NCBI GenBank assembly: GCA_030696105.1
Contig: JAUYNJ010000008.1
Coordinates: forward strand, 18,030-82,029
Reading direction: 5' to 3'
Source: a bacterium
GTDB taxonomy: Bacteria > Patescibacteriota > Patescibacteriia > Patescibacteriales > UBA12465
Length of the DNA: 64,000 nucleotides
The position numbers and the translations under genes are program-made. The notes under the pieces are model-generated. The model was not told the origin of the DNA and did not search any database. It saw only the letters and a program-made list of their open reading frames with translations. Shown in pieces: positions 23,474-32,552 of the stretch; position 1 is the first letter of the stretch; each line of letters begins with the position of its first letter.

Positions 23474-24392
23474 GCAGATAAATAAACCGCTAGTTTTAGT
23501 CATTCTCGGGCCAACTGCCTCTGGAAAGACGTCTTTAGGTGTCCGTCTTGCTTTTGAACGAAACGGAGAAATTATCTCTGCCGACAGTCGTCAGGTGTAT
23601 AAAGGAATGGACGTCGGCACCGGCAAGGACTTAGTTGAATATGAGATTAATGGCAAAAAAATACCATATCATTTAATTGATGTCGTTTATCCTAATGATG
23701 ACTTTAATTTGGCTAAATACCAAACAATGGCGGTCGCGGCGATCGACGATATCCTTGCTCGCGGCCGCTTACCCATAATCGTCGGCGGCTCTGGTTTATA
23801 CTTGCAAGCAGTGATTGATAACTACGCTTTAAGTGCGGCTAAACCTGATCTAAAAAATCGTATCGCTCTGGAAGCACTTGGCCGCGAAGAATTGTTTGCA
23901 CGACTAGAAAAATTGAAACCTGAATTTGCCGGCAAACTTAATAACAGTGAAAAAAATAACGCTCGTCGCCTGGCGCGCTATATAGAAATTTTTGAACATG
24001 AAGGCGCGTCGGTTGAAAGCAAGAAGGAGTCTCCCTATGACTTCTTAATACTCGGCTTAGATATCTCAGACGAAGAAATGCGTGAGCGCATACAGGCGCG
24101 CATAATCAAACGCTTAGATAATGAAGATATGCTTGGTGAGGTTCAGCGCCTTAATGACGAAGGAGTGGATTGGAAGAGATTAATTTCTTTTGGTTTAGAA
24201 TATAAATTTATCTCCTATTACTTACTAGAGAAGCTCGAATACGATGACATGATTGAGAAACTGACTGATGCCTCTTATCGTTTTGCTAAGCGTCAGAAAA
24301 CCTGGTTTAAACGCTGGGAAAAGCAGGGAAGGAAGATACACTGGATAAAGGACGCGGGGGAAGCAAATGATTTAATAGCTGCTCAAATATAA
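23454..24392 (+). CDS. miaA: tRNA dimethylallyltransferase MiaA
   Basis: GPTASGKT, SADSRQVYKGMDVGTGK and FAKRQKTWF motifs. Confidence 0.97.
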   Translation: MSKQVNKQINKPLVLVILGPTASGKTSLGVRLAFERNGEIISADSRQVYKGMDVGTGKDLVEYEINGKKIPYHLIDVVYPNDDFNLAKYQTMAVAAIDDILARGRLPIIVGGSGLYLQAVIDNYALSAAKPDLKNRIALEALGREELFARLEKLKPEFAGKLNNSEKNNARRLARYIEIFEHEGASVESKKESPYDFLILGLDISDEEMRERIQARIIKRLDNEDMLGEVQRLNDEGVDWKRLISFGLEYKFISYYLLEKLEYDDMIEKLTDASYRFAKRQKTWFKRWEKQGRKIHWIKDAGEANDLIAAQI

Positions 24393-24400
24393 ACAAAAGA

Positions 24401-24427
24401 AAAAAGCACCTTTGTGGGGTGCTTTTT
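24401..24427. terminator. Bidirectional intrinsic terminator
   Basis: aaaaagcacc-tttgtgg-ggtgcttttt. Confidence 0.85.
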
Positions 24428-24450
24428 CATTCACTAAATCGGTCGCGGAA

Positions 24451-24585
24451 TTAACTCTTAATCAATAAGCTTTTTTTCATAAGGCATTTCCTCCTGAAGG
24501 TTTAGTTAGTTAATAGCCCACTTTTCATGGGCTTGAATTGTCGAAATAACTATCTAAATGATAACAAATACGTAAGCGAAGTCAA
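24451..24585 (-). other. Mini transcription unit: promoter, leader hairpin, SD and a 9-codon ORF (MKKSLLIKS)
   Basis: Minus strand: TTGACT (24585-24580), 16 bp, TATCAT (24563-24558); AGGAGG (24495-24490); ATG at 24480; TAA at 24451. Confidence 0.45.
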
Positions 24586-24587
24586 GA

Positions 24588-26096
24588 TTATTCAAGCAAC
24601 ATCTTCTCTAACATTGGTCTCACTTTTTCAGGGTTAGCTTTGCCCTTCGTTTCGGCCATAACTTTGCCGACAAAGAATTGGATTAAGGGGAATTTACCTT
24701 TGCGGTATTCGTTAGCTTGCTGAGGGTTAGCAGATATTACCGTTTTAACAGCTGTTTCAAGCTCTTCGTCGCCATCAAGTTGTTCTAGGCCGAGGCGGTC
24801 CATGATATCAGTTGGGTCGCCACCTTCCCAGTACATAATCTCTAAAATACGTTGACCGGTGTTAGAATTAATTTTACTTTGCCAAATAAGGGCCATCAGC
24901 TCAGCAAAATTTTCGGCGGTCATTTTTAAACTGTCCGCACTTCTTTTATCGGTATTCAAATTTTTTAACAATTCACCTGTGACCCAATTTGCGGCCATTT
25001 GCGCAGCGTTTTTGTCTTGTCTTTCAAAGTCGTCGCCATTAGCTTCAATCCAAGCGCCCATTTCCGAAACAACATTTTCAAAGAAAGAAGACAGCTCTTT
25101 GTTATTCGCAATTGTTTCAGCGCTTTCTATTTTTAATCCATACTGACGAGTGAAACGTTTCGCTTTAGCAGCCGGTAATTCGACTAAGTGCTGTCTCAGC
25201 TCTTCCAGCCAGGCATCATCAATTTTAATGGGGGGAATATCGGGTTCAGGGAAGTAGCGATAGTCAGCGGCCGTCTCTTTTATTCTCTGTGCCACTGTTT
25301 GGTTTTTCTTTTCATCCCAACCTCTGGTTTCAGGTAGAATTTCTTCTTTATTCTCAAGCGCCTTTTCTTGGCGCGCGATTTCGTAAGTAATAGCTTTTTC
25401 CACGGCGCGGAAAGAGTTGAGATTTTTGACCTCAACTTTAGCATTTAATTCTTTTTTGCCAGTCGGCAGGATAAGTCCGTCCTCATACTTCCAGTTACCT
25501 TTTTTCTGTAAGCTGATATTAGCTTCACAGCGCATTTCACCTTTTTCCATCTCGGCATTACTTACTTTCAAAAAACGGAGAATGCGTTGATAGGCTTGGC
25601 AGAAGCGTTTCGCTTCTTCAGCACTCGCAATGACTGGTTCGGTAACTAATTCTACCAGCGGCGTGCCGGCACGGTTGAAATCAATTAAGGTGTCATTACT
25701 ACTCGTACGGTGAAAGGACTTGCCGGTATCTTCTTCGAGATGAATACGAGTGATATCTATTTCTTTCTTACCAATATCAAGTTTACCATTTTTGCAAAAG
25801 GGCTGGTCATACTGAGAAATCTGGTAACCCTTGGGCAGGTCGGGGTAGAAGTAATTTTTGCGGTCGAACTTAGAGTCTCGGTTAATTTCGCAATCTAAAG
25901 CGAGGCCGAGCAGTAGCGTCCAGTCGATTGCTTGTTTGTTCGGCACTGGTAGCGTTCCGGGGTGACCGAGACAAATCGGACAAACAAGGGTGTTTGGCGC
26001 CTTGCCTTCACTGTTATTATCACAGGCGCAGAACATTTTACTCTTTGTTTTTAGTTCGGCGTGGATTTCCAGGCCGATGATGACATCATATTTCAT
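24588..26096 (-). CDS. gatB: Asp/Glu-tRNA amidotransferase subunit B
   Basis: IGLEIHAEL, FDRKNYFYPDLPKGYQISQ, HLEEDTGK and DYRYFPEPD motifs. Confidence 0.98.
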   Translation of the reverse strand: MKYDVIIGLEIHAELKTKSKMFCACDNNSEGKAPNTLVCPICLGHPGTLPVPNKQAIDWTLLLGLALDCEINRDSKFDRKNYFYPDLPKGYQISQYDQPFCKNGKLDIGKKEIDITRIHLEEDTGKSFHRTSSNDTLIDFNRAGTPLVELVTEPVIASAEEAKRFCQAYQRILRFLKVSNAEMEKGEMRCEANISLQKKGNWKYEDGLILPTGKKELNAKVEVKNLNSFRAVEKAITYEIARQEKALENKEEILPETRGWDEKKNQTVAQRIKETAADYRYFPEPDIPPIKIDDAWLEELRQHLVELPAAKAKRFTRQYGLKIESAETIANNKELSSFFENVVSEMGAWIEANGDDFERQDKNAAQMAANWVTGELLKNLNTDKRSADSLKMTAENFAELMALIWQSKINSNTGQRILEIMYWEGGDPTDIMDRLGLEQLDGDEELETAVKTVISANPQQANEYRKGKFPLIQFFVGKVMAETKGKANPEKVRPMLEKMLLE

Positions 26097-26178
26097 ATAC
26101 CTATATTTTAACGGAAAAAGCGCTTAGTGGAAAGGAGGCGACAAAAGTAAGAAAAAAAGCCCGTCAAGGGCTCTTTTT

Positions 26179-27573
26179 TTAGTTTAATCCAGTGCTGCCG
26201 AAGCCTTTTTCGCCTCGTCCATCGCCCACGTCAATTGGGCCCTCCTCGACGCTCGGTGTTTCAATCTTCTGGATGAGTAGTTGCGCAATCTTTTGGCCCG
26301 CTTGCACGTGATATATATCTTCACTTAAATTCTTAAATACAACTTTTATCTCGCCGCGATAGCTAGCATCAATCACGCCGCCCATAGTTTTAAAGCCCTG
26401 GCTAGCGAGGCCGCTTTTATCCCAAATGAGGCCGACATAGCCCTCCGGGATTGAAAAGCGCAATCCTGTGGCAATAGCATCTTGCCCATAGGCTGGTATC
26501 GAACAGTCTTCACAGGCAAACAAATCTAAGCCGGCGTCACTCGCGTGGGCTCTCACTGGAAGTTTGGCTTCGGGACGAAGACGTTCGAAGCGAATTGAGC
26601 GCAGAGTGGGCTCTGCTGGTGTATGTGCTTGCGCAAGCGCTGGCTCGTCACCCTGATTGCTCGTGGTCGGAGCGGTGGTCGCCCCTTCTTCGTTTTCGTC
26701 TTCAGGATGAGCGGGAATACCACGAAGGGAACTATTGATATTGGAATGAATTGGAGTGTCTTGTTCTGGATTTATGGTCATAGAGGCTCGAGGAGCATTC
26801 ATTAGTTCTGGCAGATTAGGGGTAACACGACCCTTCTTTACTAAAATATCGCTCACGGCTTGGAAGTCTGGTATTTTTTTGATGCCACCAATACTTAAAA
26901 TGCGGTTAGCATAGAGCCAGACAAGATAATGAATATCCTCGCGACTCATCACTTCGCCATTGCGGGTACATTTAATCAGTCGGAAATCAGGCATGGTCTG
27001 AGCAATTTCAAGATACACTTGCTCCGCTTTTTTCAGATGATCAAGATTTTCTTCGTGAATGTCCTTAGTTTTGCCTTTCCAGTCCTCACGGCCGCGATCT
27101 TTCGCCATTTTTTGCGCGACCTCAGCTTCAACGTGCAGGATTAGGTATAAGTCAGGTTTAGGGATGTTAAATATTTTATATTCAATTTCACTGAGCCAGT
27201 TAAAGAATAGTTTGCGTTCAAGGGCATTAGGAATTTTGCCTCCTTGGTGGGCGAAGCTAGCGGAAACATAGCGGTTACAGACAACGACCTTGCCTTGTTT
27301 CAACCATTCACGAATTTGAAAACTGGCATCAAAACGGTCGGTAGCGTAAAGAATCGAAGCTGCGTAGGGGTTCACATCATCAGCGCCGCCATATTTGCCA
27401 GACAGATATTCTTCCACCATGCCGGCGGACTTGCTGTTATATTGGGGGAAGTCAGCGATTTGGACATCATAACCTTCGGCTTGAAGTTTTCCAACCAAAA
27501 GCTGCAACTGGGTAGTTTTGCCACTGCCATCGGTGCCGTCAATTACGATGAATTTTCCCAAGTATTCCGCCAT
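26179..27573 (-). CDS. tmk-dut: Thymidylate kinase-dUTPase fusion protein
   Basis: N-terminal IDGTDGSGKTT/NRY/PKPDL kinase domain, a Pro/Thr/Glu-rich linker, then dUTPase motifs DAGLDL, DKSGLA, GVIDASYRGEI, IAQL and RGEKGFGSTG. Confidence 0.92.
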   Translation of the reverse strand: MAEYLGKFIVIDGTDGSGKTTQLQLLVGKLQAEGYDVQIADFPQYNSKSAGMVEEYLSGKYGGADDVNPYAASILYATDRFDASFQIREWLKQGKVVVCNRYVSASFAHQGGKIPNALERKLFFNWLSEIEYKIFNIPKPDLYLILHVEAEVAQKMAKDRGREDWKGKTKDIHEENLDHLKKAEQVYLEIAQTMPDFRLIKCTRNGEVMSREDIHYLVWLYANRILSIGGIKKIPDFQAVSDILVKKGRVTPNLPELMNAPRASMTINPEQDTPIHSNINSSLRGIPAHPEDENEEGATTAPTTSNQGDEPALAQAHTPAEPTLRSIRFERLRPEAKLPVRAHASDAGLDLFACEDCSIPAYGQDAIATGLRFSIPEGYVGLIWDKSGLASQGFKTMGGVIDASYRGEIKVVFKNLSEDIYHVQAGQKIAQLLIQKIETPSVEEGPIDVGDGRGEKGFGSTGLN

Positions 27574-27644
27574 AGTGATGAGAATTTAGATAAGAAAAGA
27601 GCGCCCGGCTTGTGAGCCTTGCACTCCTCCTATTTATGTTCAAC

Positions 27645-28199
27645 TTAATATTGTATCTTAGCGATCAATTTGTCAATCTGGTCGTATAAATCTTGAAGTG
27701 TACCCTCGTTACTTAGGTGATGGGTGGCCGCTGCCATAGTTTCTGGTATTTGTTGTTCGGCCTCGCGCTCACTATCTTCGACAAACTGTTCAAACGTCTT
27801 ATCAGCATCACCAGCGTTTTCATTTCTCTTTTTCATGCGCTCGTACCTTGTCTCTGGCGATGCATCAATGCTAATTAGATGAAATCCAGGCAAGTCTTTG
27901 AGGCTGACAATATCATCTAAACGCCTCACACCGTCAACTACTACAATATCCTTGTCGCTATTTTTTACATCCTCGGCAATAACTTGCGCTAAGATGTCGC
28001 TGCCAAAGCGATTACGTAAATCAAGCGAAAGGTTTTGCATGTTCTCTCTGGAAATTGGCTGATATATTCGGCCTAAAATATCACGCAGGCAGGTTGAAAA
28101 TTTTGTAGTATCCGCATTATGCTTTTCCGTGATATAACGCTGGCAGACATCCTTGCCACTAGCGAGCTTACCGACGAAACCAAGAATTAGTTTGGGCAT
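27645..28199 (-). CDS. P-loop nucleoside-monophosphate-kinase-like protein
   Basis: GKLASGKD, VVDGVR, ETRYERM and NEGTL motifs. Confidence 0.8.
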   Translation of the reverse strand: MPKLILGFVGKLASGKDVCQRYITEKHNADTTKFSTCLRDILGRIYQPISRENMQNLSLDLRNRFGSDILAQVIAEDVKNSDKDIVVVDGVRRLDDIVSLKDLPGFHLISIDASPETRYERMKKRNENAGDADKTFEQFVEDSEREAEQQIPETMAAATHHLSNEGTLQDLYDQIDKLIAKIQY

Positions 28200-28203
28200 A
28201 AGC

Positions 28204-29499
28204 TTACTGTTGTTTCATTACAATGTCATGTGTGCCACGGCGAACGTCCCAGTCATCAAGATCAAGGTCACAATGAAGTTTCACTTCAGGTAGATTTTCC
28301 TGCATAGCGTGAAACATTTTATGGGCAACACGTCTAAGGCTAGGGTGAACTGTTTTACCAGAGCGAAGCTCGGTGACATAAACAACGGAGGTAAGAGGAT
28401 TAGTGATATGACAGAAAACATTGAAACCCATAGCAGTATAATATTGCTTGGTTTCAGCGCTAGCTTCAAGGCTATCAATCATCTCTTTTTGCTTTGCGAT
28501 GAGAGTCTCCGCTTCAACCCTGAGGCTTTCTGGCAGCTGCTCTAAATACCAAGACTGGAAACCGAGCTCAGTGGTAAGCAGTGGAGTGCGGGAGATGGCG
28601 CTACGATGGCGTTGAATATCCCGGTAGGAACCGTAGTCGAGTAGAAATTCAAAACGACAACTACCGAGATCGCTCACGAAATAGGGGAGGTTTGTTTTAA
28701 TGGGACGAGTGTCTAATGCCTCAGAATATTTTTTAAGCTCTTCACGGTTAATGTCATGGGAGAAAGCGAATTCTTTTGGATTCTCTGGAGCAAAGTATGA
28801 GTATTTGGCCGTCATTTCGTGGCGATATGCTTCTTGTTCCGGATATTGGGGGTGAGAGAAGCTATTCTCGTACTTACTGCGCAGTTGATTTAAAATTTGG
28901 TCAGCTAATTCACGCATTTCTGCCAGGGGATGATGTCGAAGCAGGGAAAGCTTATCCCAAGCCTGGCGCAGATTTGTATGCCAACTCAATTGAGTGGTAA
29001 CGCCGGCTGGTAAAAAGCCACGCATGATATCAAAAGCACGAGCGTTAATGGCTTTGTCGTAAATTTTTTCATCTTCTTCTTCGCGACGGGGATATTTTTC
29101 CTTTAAAAATGGCTTTAAGGTTTCTTGACCGGAAACATAAAAATCCATCCAATTTTTTAAAATAAGTTTTGACTGATCTGTCGCGATTGGATCAATTATT
29201 GCCTGGCTGGCCATGTCGATATAGCGAGTACTGGTTTCTTGCCCGCTATACAAAGGCCAGTCTTGGATAGCCTTATCAGCCAGAATGCTCAATCCTTCAA
29301 TGAAAATAGTGGTGCTTCCGCAATCAGCAATTGAGGAGTGACCGTAGCCCACGTAAAAGGTGGACATAAACTTACCGCTGCCGCTCTGTCGGACCTTCTC
29401 CACATGTTCTTCAACACTTTTAGGACTACGCGAATAAAGCGCCTGCATCATCGCTGTATCTTCTGGGCTGAATTCGTCGTAAATAAAAACTTTAGCCAT
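28204..29499 (-). CDS. thyX: FAD-dependent thymidylate synthase, long two-domain form
   Basis: GYGHSSIAD, QETSTRY, RGFLPAG, RDIQRHRS and ELRS motifs. Confidence 0.88.
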   Translation of the reverse strand: MAKVFIYDEFSPEDTAMMQALYSRSPKSVEEHVEKVRQSGSGKFMSTFYVGYGHSSIADCGSTTIFIEGLSILADKAIQDWPLYSGQETSTRYIDMASQAIIDPIATDQSKLILKNWMDFYVSGQETLKPFLKEKYPRREEEDEKIYDKAINARAFDIMRGFLPAGVTTQLSWHTNLRQAWDKLSLLRHHPLAEMRELADQILNQLRSKYENSFSHPQYPEQEAYRHEMTAKYSYFAPENPKEFAFSHDINREELKKYSEALDTRPIKTNLPYFVSDLGSCRFEFLLDYGSYRDIQRHRSAISRTPLLTTELGFQSWYLEQLPESLRVEAETLIAKQKEMIDSLEASAETKQYYTAMGFNVFCHITNPLTSVVYVTELRSGKTVHPSLRRVAHKMFHAMQENLPEVKLHCDLDLDDWDVRRGTHDIVMKQQ

Positions 29500-29503
29500 A
29501 AAA

Positions 29504-30001
29504 TTATTTCATATCTTTATAAATAACAAATTCCTGCGAGAGCAGGGCGAACTCGACCTTTGCGTCAGCGAAAATTTCTTTGCTGCGTGTACCAGTGTGA
29601 TAATCCTGGGCACAAACAACGCGTTTAATACCAGCATTGATAATCATTTTGGCGCAGGTATAACAGGGAGTCATCTTGCAATATAAAGTGCCACCATCAA
29701 GCGAGATGCCCATACGGGCGGCTTCACAAATTGCATTTTGTTCGGCGTGGGTGGTGCGAATGCAATGGCGGCTAGTTGTGCCGTCTTCATGCGTGACGGT
29801 ATGCATTTCGTGTCCAACTTCATCACAGTGGGGTGCTCCGACAGGCGAGCCGACGTAGCCGGTAGCGACGATGCGACGGTCACGAGTAATGACACAGCCA
29901 GCGCGACCGCGGTCACAAGTACCACGAGTGCCAACCATCTCAGCGATCTTGATAAAATACTCATCCCAGGTGGGACGAACGTAAGTCGTTTCCTCACTCA
30001 T
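29504..30001 (-). CDS. dCMP deaminase family protein
   Basis: RPTWDEYF, HAEQNAI and PCYTCAKMIINAGI motifs. Confidence 0.93.
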   Translation of the reverse strand: MSEETTYVRPTWDEYFIKIAEMVGTRGTCDRGRAGCVITRDRRIVATGYVGSPVGAPHCDEVGHEMHTVTHEDGTTSRHCIRTTHAEQNAICEAARMGISLDGGTLYCKMTPCYTCAKMIINAGIKRVVCAQDYHTGTRSKEIFADAKVEFALLSQEFVIYKDMK

Positions 30002-30173
30002 ATGATTATATTTAACGAGATTATAATAGTAGTTACATTGTAGTATAGAAAACTGAATTATTAAATATTGACAATACGACCTTATTCTTCTTAACGTTGA
30101 TTTTTTCCTTTAAACAAGCTAAACTAGGAATAAGAATTTAGTTGATTATTCGTTGAAAATTAGTGATAAATTT

Positions 30174-31412
30174 ATGAAATATTGGCAATATATCGTGATT
30201 ACCGTCTGTCTGGTCTTTGTCCTTAAAGCACCTACTACCGAGGCAGCGGGTATGGCCTCTAAACTGGCTGGTCGGATTGTTTTAAGTGTGCAGGAAAACG
30301 GTGAGGCTTGGTATATAAATCCAGTTGATTCTCGTCGTTATTTCCTAGGACGTCCCGCCGATGCTTTTAAAGTAATGCGGGAGCTCGGACTGGGTATTAA
30401 TGAGATGCAATTTCAAGAAATTGCTCAGGCCGGTATGCCCGTTGAGGGCAACAAAGATTTGGCCGCGCGTTTGTCTGGTCGCATCATTTTGCAAGTCGAG
30501 AAAAACGGTGAAGCTTGGTATGTAAATCCAGTTGATTTGAAAAAATATTACCTTGGTCGCCCTGATGATGCTTTCCGTATTATGCGAGAGCTCGGACTTG
30601 GTATTACTCAGGCCGATCTGGCATTAATTCATAGGCCAGGTTTAAGTGAGAGTATTAATGAATATAGTTCGTATGAGTATAAGAAGATAATGACGGAGAG
30701 AGGTGAGTTTGGCGCTGATGTGATGAAAATAAGTTTGAAGAATCCGTCTTTGAAAATTATGAGTCTCACGGCGAGTGGGGCTGATTGTAAGGCTGGTCCG
30801 TGTCCGGGGAAAGGTCTTGCTTCTTACGTGTTTCCCAATAAAGGCTTCGCTGGTGTAAATGGCAGTTATTTCTGTTCCGGTAGTAATTGCGGTGGAGCGA
30901 ATTACTTTTTCTTTCCGGTCTATGATAGCCTTAGCGGCGTGATGATTAATCAAGATCAACTTAAATATTGGACGACCGGCCCGCTGATTGTTTTTGACAC
31001 TCAGAATAAGTTCTACTACTTCAAAGATTCACGTGAGTTTAAATCTGTCTCTGATTTTGAAAGTACTCATGGTGTAAACATCCAGGCGGCGATGGGGAAT
31101 AAGCCTAGGCTCGTCGAAAACAAGATGAATGTTCTCATTGAATGGGAGCTAGATAAAGGACAGACTAGCGGCAAGTTTTGGCGCAACGCCATAGGCTATA
31201 AAGAAGACCATGCAAATCCTGGTAAAGGTGATCTATATATCGTTATTGCTCGCGCGGCAACGGTGGATGACTTAGCCGTCATCATGAAGGCGATGGATAT
31301 GGATTACGCTTTAAACCTTGATGGTGGCAATTCTTCAGCAATGATATATAACGGTGAATATATGGTCGGGCCCGGTCGCAACATTCCTAACGCCTTAGTG
31401 TTTGCACAGTAA
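30174..31412 (+). CDS. Secreted phosphodiester glycosidase (NAGPA-like) with two N-terminal CPR-type repeats
   Basis: Signal peptide, two repeats GRIxLxVxxNGEAWYxNP with a 69-aa period (30270 and 30477), VNGSYF and NLDGGNSS motifs. Confidence 0.8.
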   Translation: MKYWQYIVITVCLVFVLKAPTTEAAGMASKLAGRIVLSVQENGEAWYINPVDSRRYFLGRPADAFKVMRELGLGINEMQFQEIAQAGMPVEGNKDLAARLSGRIILQVEKNGEAWYVNPVDLKKYYLGRPDDAFRIMRELGLGITQADLALIHRPGLSESINEYSSYEYKKIMTERGEFGADVMKISLKNPSLKIMSLTASGADCKAGPCPGKGLASYVFPNKGFAGVNGSYFCSGSNCGGANYFFFPVYDSLSGVMINQDQLKYWTTGPLIVFDTQNKFYYFKDSREFKSVSDFESTHGVNIQAAMGNKPRLVENKMNVLIEWELDKGQTSGKFWRNAIGYKEDHANPGKGDLYIVIARAATVDDLAVIMKAMDMDYALNLDGGNSSAMIYNGEYMVGPGRNIPNALVFAQ

Positions 31413-31420
31413 AAACAATT

Positions 31421-31696
31421 ATGAATATTGAAGATATAAAACAGAATTTAATAGATAAGGGCAAAGTATCTTTTCACGTTAAGGTATCGCCCGGCGCTGA
31501 TAAGACCGAGTGGCAAGAATCGCTGGCGGACGGCACCTTGCGTTTGAAAGTGAAATCTGCGCCGGAAAGAGGCAAGGCTAACGCCGAGGTGGTGGAGTTT
31601 GTGGCAGTCTGTCTTGGCATCAGTAAAAAATTAGTGGAAATAACCGCCGGAGGCGGCGGTCGCTTAAAACGGATTAAAGCTAAGAACTCACGTTAG
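31421..31696 (+). CDS. DUF167/YggU-family protein
   Basis: VKVSPGA and APERGKANAE motifs. Confidence 0.88.
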   Translation: MNIEDIKQNLIDKGKVSFHVKVSPGADKTEWQESLADGTLRLKVKSAPERGKANAEVVEFVAVCLGISKKLVEITAGGGGRLKRIKAKNSR

Positions 31697-31705
31697 TAGC
31701 AATAT

Positions 31706-32551
31706 ATGGACATTTCTGTCATTATCGTTTCCTGGAAAGTAAAAGAAAAGTTGAGAGCAAATTTACTCGCTCTACAGCCAGCTTTAAGCGCATTAGAATC
31801 TGAAGTTTTTGTCGTAGACAACAACTCAGGGGATGGGAGCGCGGAAATGGTAAAGACAGAATTCCGAGATGTACATTTAATTGCGAATGATAAAAATATA
31901 GGTTTTGCCGCCGCTAACAATCAGGCAATAAAGCGGGCGACTGGTGACTTCATTCTCCTGCTTAACCCTGATATGCGTGTCTTTCCGGAAACAATAAGCC
32001 GTATGATCGTCTGGGCAGGCGCACATCCACAAGCAGTCGTTTCTGGGTGTAAGCTGGTAACTGAAGTGGGAGAACTCTTGCCGCATGTTCGTCGTTTTCC
32101 CCGTTTAAGCGATCAGTTGGCGGTTGTATTAAAGCTACCACATCTTTTCCCGCGAATTTTAAACGTGTATTTGCAAAAAGATTTCAATTATGAAAATGAG
32201 GCGAAGGTTGATTCTATTCGGGGCGCCTTCTTCTTAATTAATCGTCAGTCCTGGAAAAATATCAGTGGCGAGGAAAAACCATATCTTGATGAACGCTATT
32301 TTATCTGGTTTGAAGAAGTTGACTTTTGCCGCCAGGTGTATAAAAATGGCGGGGAAGTCTGGTATACGCCAGCAGCGGTCTGTGTTGATTATGTTGGTCA
32401 GAGCTTTAATCAGGTTGGCGTTAATTTCAAGCAGCAATATTTTCAGAACTCAATGCTAGCCTATTTTAGAAAATGGGAGCCAGGAACGCAAGCACACATC
32501 CTGCATGCAGTCTGGCCACTCGGACGAATGCTTGCAAAAATTTTTTCTTGA
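31706..32551 (+). CDS. Glycosyltransferase family 2
   Basis: VVDNNSGDGS, NIGFAAANNQA, LLNPD and FEEVDFC motifs. Confidence 0.92.
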   Translation: MDISVIIVSWKVKEKLRANLLALQPALSALESEVFVVDNNSGDGSAEMVKTEFRDVHLIANDKNIGFAAANNQAIKRATGDFILLLNPDMRVFPETISRMIVWAGAHPQAVVSGCKLVTEVGELLPHVRRFPRLSDQLAVVLKLPHLFPRILNVYLQKDFNYENEAKVDSIRGAFFLINRQSWKNISGEEKPYLDERYFIWFEEVDFCRQVYKNGGEVWYTPAAVCVDYVGQSFNQVGVNFKQQYFQNSMLAYFRKWEPGTQAHILHAVWPLGRMLAKIFS

Positions 32552-32552
32552 T

